Assembly: GCF_005696695.1 (NCBI RefSeq)
Contig: NZ_CP040006.1
Location: 900,001 to 932,000, forward strand
Length of the DNA: 32,000 nucleotides
Reading direction: 5' to 3'
Origin: Schaalia odontolytica
Lineage (GTDB): Bacteria; Actinomycetota; Actinomycetes; Actinomycetales; Actinomycetaceae
The translations under genes were made by a program, and so were the position numbers. Positions within the stretch are counted from its first letter, which is position 1, and each line of letters begins with the position of its first letter. Of the stretch, positions 8,369 through 16,257 are shown one piece after another. Under the pieces are notes generated by a model. It saw only the letters and a list, made by a program, of their open reading frames with translations. It searched no databases and was not told the origin of the DNA.

Positions 8369-9918
8369 TGAGTGACACGCAATGCGCTCCCCGCATGATC
8401 GACCTGCGCCTCGCGCCCGCAGCCACCGCCACCTGGGCCGCCACCTGGTGGGCGACAAGCCGACCCGTGCCATGGCTCTTGATCGGAGTGTGCGCCCTTG
8501 TCGTGCTCGGATGCGCCGCCTCCTACGCGCTCTCGCAACGCGGCCGGAATACACCCAGACACGCCCTCACCCCACCCCGGTCCGCTCGCCTCGGCGTCGC
8601 ACTCCTCCTCGCCTGCGTGGCCTGCGCGCTCGCGGTCGGATCCACCGCCCGCCGGCAATACGACGCCGACCCCGCCCGCCGAGACTCCGGCCCCATCCAC
8701 GCGCGCGTCGCCCTCCAGGCCGACCCAGCCCCGCCCTCGTCCGGGTTCTCAGCGACACGCAGTGCTCGCGCGCGCATCGAGGCAGTCTCCGTGGGGGAGG
8801 AGTGGCAACCCTCGAACGCCGCTGCACTCGTGCGCGCGCCCGGGTGGCGGGACGCCGCGCGAGGCGACGTCTACGAGGTCTGGGGGAACCTCGACGCGAC
8901 CTTTGCCGCCGACGCGCCATCGGTGGGCACGATACGCGTCAGGCGTGCCCAGCTCATCGCCAGACCCGGTGGCCTGTCCGACTGGATGCGCTCCACCCAC
9001 CGGGCATTCACCCACGCCTGCGCGCCTCTGCCCAGGGACGCACGCTCCCTCGTCCCCGGCATGGCGATCGGAGATGACCGTGCCATGCCCGCAGACCTGT
9101 CCGACGCAATGAAGAAAACTTCCCTCACCCACCTCACCGCTGTCTCCGGATCCCACATCGTCATCGTCCTCGCCACCGTCAGCCTCGTCGTCCCCGCACG
9201 AAAAGCCCTACGCCTCGGGGCCACCATCCTCGTCCTGGGCACAATCCTCATCCTCGTCGGACCAGACCCCTCAGTCGTGCGCTCTGTCTGCGTCGCAGCC
9301 GTCGCCGCACTCGGACTTATTCTCGGACGCGAGGGCCAATCCATCGCCGCCCTCTGCGCCGTCGTCATCGCAACCCTCCTCATCGACCCCTGGTCATCCC
9401 GCTCCTACGGATTCGCCCTGTCGGCGCTCGCCGCGCTCGCGGTCGTCGGCCCCTCCGCGGCGCTAGTGCGGCGCTGTCGCCGGCGAATACGAGGGGACAC
9501 GCGCGCGGGGAAGATGCTTCGCCGCCTCGTAGAGATGGTGTGCGTGCCCGCCTTCGCGGAGCTGGCGACCGCGCCGCTCATCGTGTCGCTCTCCGGAAAC
9601 GTACCGGTGTGGGGGATCGCGGCCAACGTCATTGCCGAGCCCGCCGTTCCGGTCGCCACCGTCGCCGGGCTCGCGGGCGCTCTCATCTCCCCGCTGAGCA
9701 TGCGCGTCGCCTCCGTATGTGCCGTCGTTGCTTCGTGGGCGACCGCATGGATCGCAGGGGCAGCGCGCATGTGCGCCTCCCTGCCCGGAACCGGGGTGCA
9801 TGTGCCCGGTGGATCCTCGACAGTCTTGGGTGTGTACGCATGCTGCGGCGGCGGATGGGTTGCGTGGCGCGCGTGGAAGCGGTGGGGAGCCCCGATCGTC
9901 GATGAGCGGGGGCCATGA
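8368..9918 (+). CDS. comEC: ComEC/Rec2-family competence channel protein, short form without metallo-beta-lactamase domain
   Basis: Track ORF 8362..9918 (GTG 8362 or ATG 8368). ATG 8368 overlaps the comEA stop (TGATG). The protein is polytopic, and the competence-domain motif LTHLTAVSGSHIVIV is present. It ends right after the last TM helices. Confidence 0.8.
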   Translation: MSDTQCAPRMIDLRLAPAATATWAATWWATSRPVPWLLIGVCALVVLGCAASYALSQRGRNTPRHALTPPRSARLGVALLLACVACALAVGSTARRQYDADPARRDSGPIHARVALQADPAPPSSGFSATRSARARIEAVSVGEEWQPSNAAALVRAPGWRDAARGDVYEVWGNLDATFAADAPSVGTIRVRRAQLIARPGGLSDWMRSTHRAFTHACAPLPRDARSLVPGMAIGDDRAMPADLSDAMKKTSLTHLTAVSGSHIVIVLATVSLVVPARKALRLGATILVLGTILILVGPDPSVVRSVCVAAVAALGLILGREGQSIAALCAVVIATLLIDPWSSRSYGFALSALAALAVVGPSAALVRRCRRRIRGDTRAGKMLRRLVEMVCVPAFAELATAPLIVSLSGNVPVWGIAANVIAEPAVPVATVAGLAGALISPLSMRVASVCAVVASWATAWIAGAARMCASLPGTGVHVPGGSSTVLGVYACCGGGWVAWRAWKRWGAPIVDERGP

Positions 9919-10065
9919 GTGGGGCAGACACCTACTGATGGTGCGTCGTCAAGCTCTCGTGACACCTGCCACGAGTAGTGTCCGCCCACGGCAAAGACGG
10001 ACGCAAATGAGCTCGCTCGGTGGCAGACTTAGACAGTTACCGTTTCAGCGGAAAGGCAGGAAGAC

Positions 10066-11043
10066 GTGGCAGCACGCGGTTCTCGCCCGGCGGCGCCAGC
10101 CCAGATCACGCTGGCACCCATCGTGTTGATCAAAGGCCCCGAGGGCCTTCTCGTCGACCGCGCCCTCGACCAGCTGCGCGCCCTCGCCCACGAGGCCGAC
10201 CCCAACCTCGAGCGCACCGACATCAACGCGGCCACCTACCAGGCCGGACAGCTCGACGTCATCGCCTCGCCCTCACTCTTCGGCGAATCCCGCATGGTCA
10301 TCATCCGGGACCTGGAAACGATGAGCGACGCCCTCGCCAACGATCTGATCACCTACGCCGGCGCGCCCGCCCCCGACGTGTGGATGTTCCTGGCACACCC
10401 CGGGGGCAACGCCCGCGGCAAGAAGGTCATTGACACGATCACCAAAGCCAAATGGCCCGTGATCCCCGCCGAACCGCTCAAGAACGACCGCGACAAGCTG
10501 GCGCTCATCGCCGCCGACGTGCGCGCCGCACGCCGGCAGATGGACACCGAGGCCCAGCAGGCCCTCGTGGACGCACTCGGCAACGACCCGCGTGCGATGG
10601 CCGGAGCCCTGGCCCAGCTGCTCTCCGACGTCAGTGGACGCATCACGCTGGAGGACGTGCGGCGCTACCAGGCCGGACGCGTCGAGGCAACGGGCTACGA
10701 CGTCGCGGACGCGGCGGTTGCGGGCAACTCAGCGAAGGCCCTGACGCTCGCGCGTCACGCGTTCGCCACCGGCATTGCGCCCCAGCTTCTTGTCACCGCC
10801 CTGGCCATGAAGTTCCGCGCCATGGCGAAGGTCTCGATCGGCGGATCCGCATCCGCGCTCAAAATGGCCCCCTGGCAGGTGGACCGCGCCCGGCGGGAAC
10901 TGCGCGGCTGGTCCGACGCCTCGCTGGCAGGAGCCTTCGGCGCTATCGCCACGGCAGACGCCGAAACAAAGGGCGCGTCGCGGGACCCGCAGCGCGCCAT
11001 CGAAAAAGCACTTATCACCATCTGCAGGCTGCACGGGCGCTGA
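10066..11043 (+). CDS. holA: DNA polymerase III subunit delta
   Basis: PIVLIKGPEGLLVDRALDQL and SPSLFGESRMVIIRD are typical HolA N-domain motifs. The position directly after comEC matches the conserved actinobacterial/firmicute order. GTG start. Confidence 0.8.
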   Translation: MAARGSRPAAPAQITLAPIVLIKGPEGLLVDRALDQLRALAHEADPNLERTDINAATYQAGQLDVIASPSLFGESRMVIIRDLETMSDALANDLITYAGAPAPDVWMFLAHPGGNARGKKVIDTITKAKWPVIPAEPLKNDRDKLALIAADVRAARRQMDTEAQQALVDALGNDPRAMAGALAQLLSDVSGRITLEDVRRYQAGRVEATGYDVADAAVAGNSAKALTLARHAFATGIAPQLLVTALAMKFRAMAKVSIGGSASALKMAPWQVDRARRELRGWSDASLAGAFGAIATADAETKGASRDPQRAIEKALITICRLHGR

Positions 11044-11097
11044 ATACGCTCCCCGGCCTCGTCTATGAGAAGCCCGTAGGGAACGAAGAGGAGATAC

Positions 11098-12846
11098 ATG
11101 AAGACGATTCGAACGCTGGTGGGGAGGCTGCGCGAGTTCAGGAAACCCGCGATCCTGACCCCGCTGTTCATCATCGGTGAGGTCATCCTCGAGTGCCTGA
11201 TCCCGCTGACAATGGTCACGCTGGTGGATGCACTCGACGGAGTGTCCCTGAGTCCCGTCATGCGCCTGGGCCTCATCCTCACGGGACTGGCCTTCGCGTC
11301 GCTCGCCTGCGGCATCCTGTCCGCGCGTTACGCCGCCACCGCCTCGGTGGGCCTGGCGAAAAATCTCCGTCAGGACCTCTTCTTCAAGGTCCAGGACTTC
11401 TCGTTTGCGGACATCGACCGCTTCTCCACGTCCTCGCTGGTCACGCGCATGACGACGGACGTCACGAACGTTCAGAACGCCTTCGGTATGCTCATCCGTA
11501 TTGCGGTGCGCGTGCCCCTCATGATCGTGTTCTCGATCGTCATGGCGTGGCGCATTAACGTCCAGATGGCCCTCATCTTCCTCGGGATGGTTCCGGTTCT
11601 CGCCATCATCCTCGCGGCCATCGTGCTCATCGCCTTCCCGATCTTCCGTCGCATCTTCAAGAAGTACGATGCGCTGAACAACTCGGTGCAGGAGAATGTC
11701 GCTGCGATCCGTGTGGTCAAGTCTTTCGTCACCGAGGAACACGAGACCACGAAGTTCCGCGCCGCCTCGCAGGACGTGCGCAAGGACTTCACGAACGCCG
11801 AGAAGCTCATCGCGCTCAACAGCCCCGTCATGATGTTCTTCATCTTCGCTGCGATCGTCGCCGTCGACTATGTTGGCGCCTCGATCATCATCAACTCGGG
11901 AGCGACCGAGCTGACGAAGGGTGGACTGACCGCCCTCATCACCTACGGCATCCAGATTCTGACGCACATGCTGATGCTCGCCTTCATCTTCGTCATGACG
12001 ACGATGGCCGCAGAGTCCGCGAACCGTATCGCCGAGGTCCTCAACCACGACCCGTCGCTCACCTCCCCGGCCAACGGCGCCACCGAGGTCCCGGACGGCT
12101 CCGTGGTCTTCGAGGGCGTGTCCTTCAAGTACTCCGAGAGCGCCGAAGAGAACGCGCTGTCTGACATCGACCTGCGCATAGAGTCGGGCTCTACGCTCGG
12201 CATCGTGGGTGGCACCGGCTCCTCCAAGACCTCGCTCATCCAGCTGATCTGCCGCCTCTACGACGTCTCCGAGGGGTCTGTGAAGGTCGGCGGTCGCGAC
12301 GTGCGCGACTACGACCTGAGCGCCCTGCGTGACGCGGTTTCCGTCGTCCTGCAGAAGAACGTTCTCTTCTCCGGAACGATCAAGGAGAACATGCGCTGGG
12401 GCAACCCGGACGCGACCGACGAGCAGATTGAGCATGCGTGCAAGCTCGCGCAGGCCGACGAGTTCATCCAGCAGCTGCCCGGCGGCTACGACTACGTGAT
12501 CTCCCGCGGCGGCACCAACGTGTCGGGTGGCCAGAAGCAGCGCCTGTGCATCGCCCGAGCGCTGCTGAAGAACCCGAAGATCCTCATCCTGGACGACTCC
12601 ACCTCCGCCGTGGACACGAAGACCGATTCCCTGATCCGAAGCGCCTTCGAGACCGAGATCCCCGGTACGACGACGATCATCATCGCCCAGCGTCTGTCTT
12701 CGGTCAGCCACGCTGACCAGATCATCGTCCTCGACGACGGTCGCATCAAGGAACGCGGCACCCACGAGGAGCTGATGGCAGCGGGTGGAGAATACCGCGA
12801 GATCTACGACTCCCAGAATGCCGCGAGCGAAAGCGAGGTGGCCTGA
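11098..12846 (+). CDS. ABC exporter permease/ATPase fusion, subunit with degenerate nucleotide-binding site
   Basis: Six-TM N-domain plus NBD. Walker A GGTGSSKTS, signature VSGGQKQR, Walker B region ILILDDSTSAVD (Asp at the catalytic Glu position), H-loop IIIAQRLSS (Gln for His). A GAGGAG RBS precedes ATG 11098. Confidence 0.9.
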   Translation: MKTIRTLVGRLREFRKPAILTPLFIIGEVILECLIPLTMVTLVDALDGVSLSPVMRLGLILTGLAFASLACGILSARYAATASVGLAKNLRQDLFFKVQDFSFADIDRFSTSSLVTRMTTDVTNVQNAFGMLIRIAVRVPLMIVFSIVMAWRINVQMALIFLGMVPVLAIILAAIVLIAFPIFRRIFKKYDALNNSVQENVAAIRVVKSFVTEEHETTKFRAASQDVRKDFTNAEKLIALNSPVMMFFIFAAIVAVDYVGASIIINSGATELTKGGLTALITYGIQILTHMLMLAFIFVMTTMAAESANRIAEVLNHDPSLTSPANGATEVPDGSVVFEGVSFKYSESAEENALSDIDLRIESGSTLGIVGGTGSSKTSLIQLICRLYDVSEGSVKVGGRDVRDYDLSALRDAVSVVLQKNVLFSGTIKENMRWGNPDATDEQIEHACKLAQADEFIQQLPGGYDYVISRGGTNVSGGQKQRLCIARALLKNPKILILDDSTSAVDTKTDSLIRSAFETEIPGTTTIIIAQRLSSVSHADQIIVLDDGRIKERGTHEELMAAGGEYREIYDSQNAASESEVA

Positions 12847-12847
12847 C

Positions 12848-14782
12848 ATGGCACGCATGCATGGTCGTCCCGTTGACAGCGACGGCGAGAAGCTCGAGGG
12901 TATCGAGCGCCCCTTCGGCCGCCTCATGGCCTACGTGTTCCGCCACTACCCGGTGCGCATCAGCCTGACCGTCGTGTGCATCATTACGTCCGCCGTGGCC
13001 TCGGCGGTCGGCTCGATCTTCATGCAGCAGATCGTCGACAACGTCGTGACCCCAGGCCTGGAGAGCGGCTTCGACGCGGTGCGCGCCACCCTGGTGCGCC
13101 TCGTTGTCACGATGGGCATCATCTTCAGCGCCGGCGTTATCGGTAGCTTCATCTACACCCGCGCCATGGCGATCGTGACCCAGGGAACGCTCAAGCACAT
13201 GCGAGACGACATGTTCGACTCCATGGAGCGCCTGCCCCTGCGATTCTTCGACACGCACCCGCACGGCGCGATCATGTCGACCTTCACCAACGACACGGAC
13301 GCGATCCGTCAGCTGATCGGCCAGTCCATCCCGACGCTCATCCAGTCGGGCTTGACGATCATCGTCCTGATCGGCACGATGCTGTACTACTCCGTGTGGC
13401 TCTTCCTCGTTGTCCTCATCGTGGGCGCTCTCATGGCCTTCCTGACCGGAAAGCTCGGCGGGCTGTCAGGCCGCTTCATGAAGGCCCAGCAGGCTGCGCT
13501 GGCGGATGAAGAAGGCTTCATCGAAGAGATGATGGACGGGCAGAAGGTCGTCCAGGTCTTCAACCACGAGCAGGATGCCAAGGACGAGTTCGTCGAGTAC
13601 AACCAGAAGCTCTTCGACTCCTCGCAGAAGGCGAATATCTACGGCAACGTGCTGATGCCTGCCCTGGGCAACATCGGCAACATCATGTACGTCGTTATCG
13701 CGATCGTCGGCGGCATCATGATTCTGGAGCAGACGCCGAATATTCACCTCTTTGGCGTCGACGTCATCACGGTTGGCGTGGTTGTGTCCTTCCTGGGCAT
13801 GGTCCGTAACTTCTCGCAGACGATCGGCCAGATGTCGATGCAGGTCCCGATGATCGCCTTGGGTATGGCGGGCGCGGGCCGCGTGTTCGCCCTCATCGAC
13901 CAGGAGCCCGAGGAGGACGAGGGCTACGTGACCCTCGTGCGTGCGCGCGAGCTGCCCGATGGCACTCTCGAGCCGACCGAGGAACGCACGGGAATCTGGG
14001 CGTGGCGCCACCCCCACAAGGCCGATGGCACCGTCACCTACACGCGACTGCGCGGTGAGCTCGTCATGGAGGACGTCGACTTCTCCTACGACGGCGAGAA
14101 GCAGATCCTGCACGACATCTCCCTGTGGGCCAAGCCCGGCCAGAAGATCGCCTTCGTGGGCGCCACGGGTGCCGGTAAGACGACGATCACCAACCTGATC
14201 AACCGCTTCTACGACATCGCTGACGGCAAGATCCGCTACGACGGCATCAACATCAACAAGATCCACAAGCCGGACCTGCGTCGCTCCCTCGGCGTTGTCC
14301 TGCAGGACGTCAAGCTGTTCACGGGCACGGTCATGGAGAACATCCGCTACGGCCGTCTGGACGCCACGGACGAGGAGTGCATCGCCGCTGCGAAGCTGGC
14401 CAACGCGGACTCCTTCATCCGGCGGCTGCCCGAGGGTTACGACACGATGCTGACCGGCAACGGCTCGAACCTCTCGCAGGGGCAAGCTCAGCTTCTGTCG
14501 ATTGCGCGCGCCGCCGTGGCCGACCCGCCGGCGATGATCCTCGATGAGGCGACCTCCTCGATTGACACGCGTACCGAGGCCCTCGTGCAGCAGGGCATGG
14601 ACAACCTCATGGAGGGGCGTACGGTCTTCGTGATCGCCCACCGCCTCTCGACGGTGCGCAACTCGGACGCGATCATGGTCCTGGACCACGGCCGCATCAT
14701 CGAGCGCGGTAGCCACGACGACCTGATCGCCCAGAAGGGCGTGTACTACCAGCTCTACACGGGCGCCTTCGAGCTCGAGTAA
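12848..14782 (+). CDS. ABC exporter permease/ATPase fusion, subunit with consensus nucleotide-binding site
   Basis: Track ORF 12785..14782. ATG 12848 lies 1 nt after the upstream stop (TGAcATG). Walker A GATGAGKTT, Walker B MILDEATSSID, H-loop VIAHRLST, but a degenerate signature LSQGQAQL. Extra segment GYVTLVRARELPDGTLEPTEERTGIWAWRHPHKADGTVTYTRLRG between the TMD and NBD. Confidence 0.9.
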   Translation: MARMHGRPVDSDGEKLEGIERPFGRLMAYVFRHYPVRISLTVVCIITSAVASAVGSIFMQQIVDNVVTPGLESGFDAVRATLVRLVVTMGIIFSAGVIGSFIYTRAMAIVTQGTLKHMRDDMFDSMERLPLRFFDTHPHGAIMSTFTNDTDAIRQLIGQSIPTLIQSGLTIIVLIGTMLYYSVWLFLVVLIVGALMAFLTGKLGGLSGRFMKAQQAALADEEGFIEEMMDGQKVVQVFNHEQDAKDEFVEYNQKLFDSSQKANIYGNVLMPALGNIGNIMYVVIAIVGGIMILEQTPNIHLFGVDVITVGVVVSFLGMVRNFSQTIGQMSMQVPMIALGMAGAGRVFALIDQEPEEDEGYVTLVRARELPDGTLEPTEERTGIWAWRHPHKADGTVTYTRLRGELVMEDVDFSYDGEKQILHDISLWAKPGQKIAFVGATGAGKTTITNLINRFYDIADGKIRYDGININKIHKPDLRRSLGVVLQDVKLFTGTVMENIRYGRLDATDEECIAAAKLANADSFIRRLPEGYDTMLTGNGSNLSQGQAQLLSIARAAVADPPAMILDEATSSIDTRTEALVQQGMDNLMEGRTVFVIAHRLSTVRNSDAIMVLDHGRIIERGSHDDLIAQKGVYYQLYTGAFELE

Positions 14783-14801
14783 GCGCTCAACGATCACGTT
14801 T

Positions 14802-14831
14802 GCCCCGGCCTCGTTTCGACGAGGTCGGGGC
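14802..14831 (+). terminator. intrinsic terminator of the ABC operon
   Basis: GCCCCGGCCTCGT (14802-14814), TTCG loop, ACGAGGTCGGGGC (14819-14831), followed by TTCGTT. Located 20 nt after the stop. Confidence 0.7.
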
Positions 14832-14920
14832 TTCGTTATGTGCGCCCGGCGCGGAGTGCGGGGGAGTGGTCAGGGTGGGTGTGCCGGCCACTCGCACGAA
14901 GCGCGCGGGGAGCGGGTATA

Positions 14921-14952
14921 CGAAAGCGGGCCGCCCAGTGGGCGGCCCGCTT
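14921..14952 (-). terminator. intrinsic terminator of rpsT
   Basis: AAGCGGGCCGCC (14924-14935) pairs with GGCGGCCCGCTT (14941-14952). On the minus strand the stem is followed by TTTCGTAT. Located 23 nt after the rpsT stop. Confidence 0.6.
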
Positions 14953-14974
14953 CACGTCAAACTATTGTTCGCGC

Positions 14975-15241
14975 TCAGTCACCGAGCGAGGCGACGCGAC
15001 GAGCAAGCTTGGACTTGCGGTTCGCAGCCTGGTTCTTGTGGATGACGCCCTTGGAGACGGCGACGTCCAGCTTGCGCGAAGCAATGCGCAGTGCAGCGAG
15101 AGCCTTCTCCTTGTCGCCGGCCTCAACGGCCTCGCGGGTCTGACGGACCAGGGTCTTCAGCTCGGACTTCACGGACTGGTTACGAACGCGGCGCTTCTCG
15201 TTGGTCAGGATGCGCTTCTTCTGGGACTTAATGTTTGCCAC
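14975..15241 (-). CDS. rpsT: 30S ribosomal protein S20
   Basis: Track ORF 14975..15325. The true start is GTG 15241 ([27 protein letters not shown]), the canonical S20 N-terminus. An AGGAGAA RBS lies 8 nt upstream. Confidence 0.95.
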   Translation of the reverse strand: MANIKSQKKRILTNEKRRVRNQSVKSELKTLVRQTREAVEAGDKEKALAALRIASRKLDVAVSKGVIHKNQAANRKSKLARRVASLGD

Positions 15242-15375
15242 AGTCGGATTTCTCCTTGATGTATGTCTGACAGGGTCGGTGAGGGCTGTGTCAAGACCGG
15301 GACTTAGGCGTGGGGACACCCGCAAACGGTCCTAACCAGACCCCCTGCCCGACCAGGCCGGGAGTCCAACGACCG

Positions 15376-15404
15376 ATCATACCAGGGCGGGGCCTTTTCG
15401 TCAT
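15376..15404 (-). promoter_or_regulatory. candidate rpsT promoter (-35 ATGACG, 17-nt spacer, extended -10 TGGTATGAT)
   Basis: Read on the minus strand: ATGACG (15404-15399), a 17-nt spacer, then TGG TATGAT (15384-15376). It lies about 130 nt upstream of the rpsT start. Pattern match only. Confidence 0.35.
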
Positions 15405-15453
15405 ATCCCTAGGCGTTCTCGCGCCTCGTAAGGTCGGTCACGTGTTGGAGGTG

Positions 15454-16092
15454 TCAGTCGCCGTGCGTGCGGTAGTGCTCCTCGAGGGCATCGACGATCA
15501 GCTGCCAGGTTGCCTTGGGCAGGATCGAGCCTTCGCGGCGCACGTCGGTGGCCTTGACCCACAGGGCCCGGTCGAGGCGCACCTCGGAGGGGCGGCCCTT
15601 CGAGTCCCAGTCGCCCGCACCGATGTCGAGCCAGTAGCGTCCGGCGGCGGCCTCCTGGGCGGCGTCGCGCGTGTGGTCCTTGCTGGTTAGCTGCAGGAGG
15701 TACACGCCCTCGCCCTGTGCGCCGATGACGACGGCCGGGCGATCCTTGCCGACGGAGGCGTCCTCCTGGTAGGGCACCCAGGTCCACACGACCTCGCCGG
15801 GATCCGCGTCGCCGTCCATGACGGGCGTGTACGAGGCGTGGGCGAGTGCGTCGGCGATGCTCGCTTCTCGGATCGAGGTCTTAGGTCGATTCGAGGTCGC
15901 CGGATCCTCGTAGCGGTGCTGCGAGCCGGAATGCGCGGAAGAAGACGAGGACGAACGCGGCTTGGGAGTCGACTTCTTGGCCGACTGACGCTGTCCCGTC
16001 TTCGTGGTCGTGGTGTTCTTCTGCGCCTCCTCTGTGGCGCCGGAGATGACACCGATGAGGAAGTTGATGATGCCCCTGACGATTGAGTTCAT
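15454..16092 (-). CDS. PemK/MazF-fold (SH3-like barrel) protein with N-terminal hydrophobic segment and Ser/Thr/Lys-rich linker
   Basis: Track ORF 15454..16695. The part upstream of ATG 16092 is Arg-rich nonsense. From MNSIVRGIINFLIGVISG the protein runs through a low-complexity linker (TTTTKTGQRQSAKKSTPKPRSSSSSSAHSGS). The core PGEVVWTWVPYQEDASVGKDRPAVVIG...LTSK...RPSEVRLDRALWV resembles the PemK/MazF toxin fold. Confidence 0.7.
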   Translation of the reverse strand: MNSIVRGIINFLIGVISGATEEAQKNTTTTKTGQRQSAKKSTPKPRSSSSSSAHSGSQHRYEDPATSNRPKTSIREASIADALAHASYTPVMDGDADPGEVVWTWVPYQEDASVGKDRPAVVIGAQGEGVYLLQLTSKDHTRDAAQEAAAGRYWLDIGAGDWDSKGRPSEVRLDRALWVKATDVRREGSILPKATWQLIVDALEEHYRTHGD

Positions 16093-16098
16093 GGGACC

Positions 16099-16104
16099 AG
16101 CATA
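16099..16104 (-). promoter_or_regulatory. candidate -10 hexamer TATGCT placed 6 nt before the PemK-like ATG (leaderless arrangement)
   Basis: The minus strand reads TATGCT-GGTCCC-ATG. There is no Shine-Dalgarno. Confidence 0.3.
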
Positions 16105-16127
16105 CGGCAGGCGTTGGGGAGCATGTT

Positions 16128-16136
16128 TTATCCACA
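16128..16136 (+). promoter_or_regulatory. perfect DnaA-box nonamer TTATCCACA (TTTATCCACAGG)
   Basis: Exact string read in the divergent PemK-like/TPR-like intergenic region. Confidence 0.5.
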
Positions 16137-16157
16137 GGGCCCTCCGAAGACCGCGAG

Positions 16158-16166
16158 TTATCCACA
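16158..16166 (+). promoter_or_regulatory. perfect DnaA-box nonamer TTATCCACA (GTTATCCACAGG)
   Basis: Exact string, same orientation as the copy at 16128 and exactly 30 nt from it. Confidence 0.5.
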
Positions 16167-16257
16167 GGCTTCGTGATGGCGCGTGACAGTGCATAACAGG
16201 AGGTGTCACTCTGTCGTTGTTCGCAGGTGAACACGCAACAATAGAAAGGCGACGACG

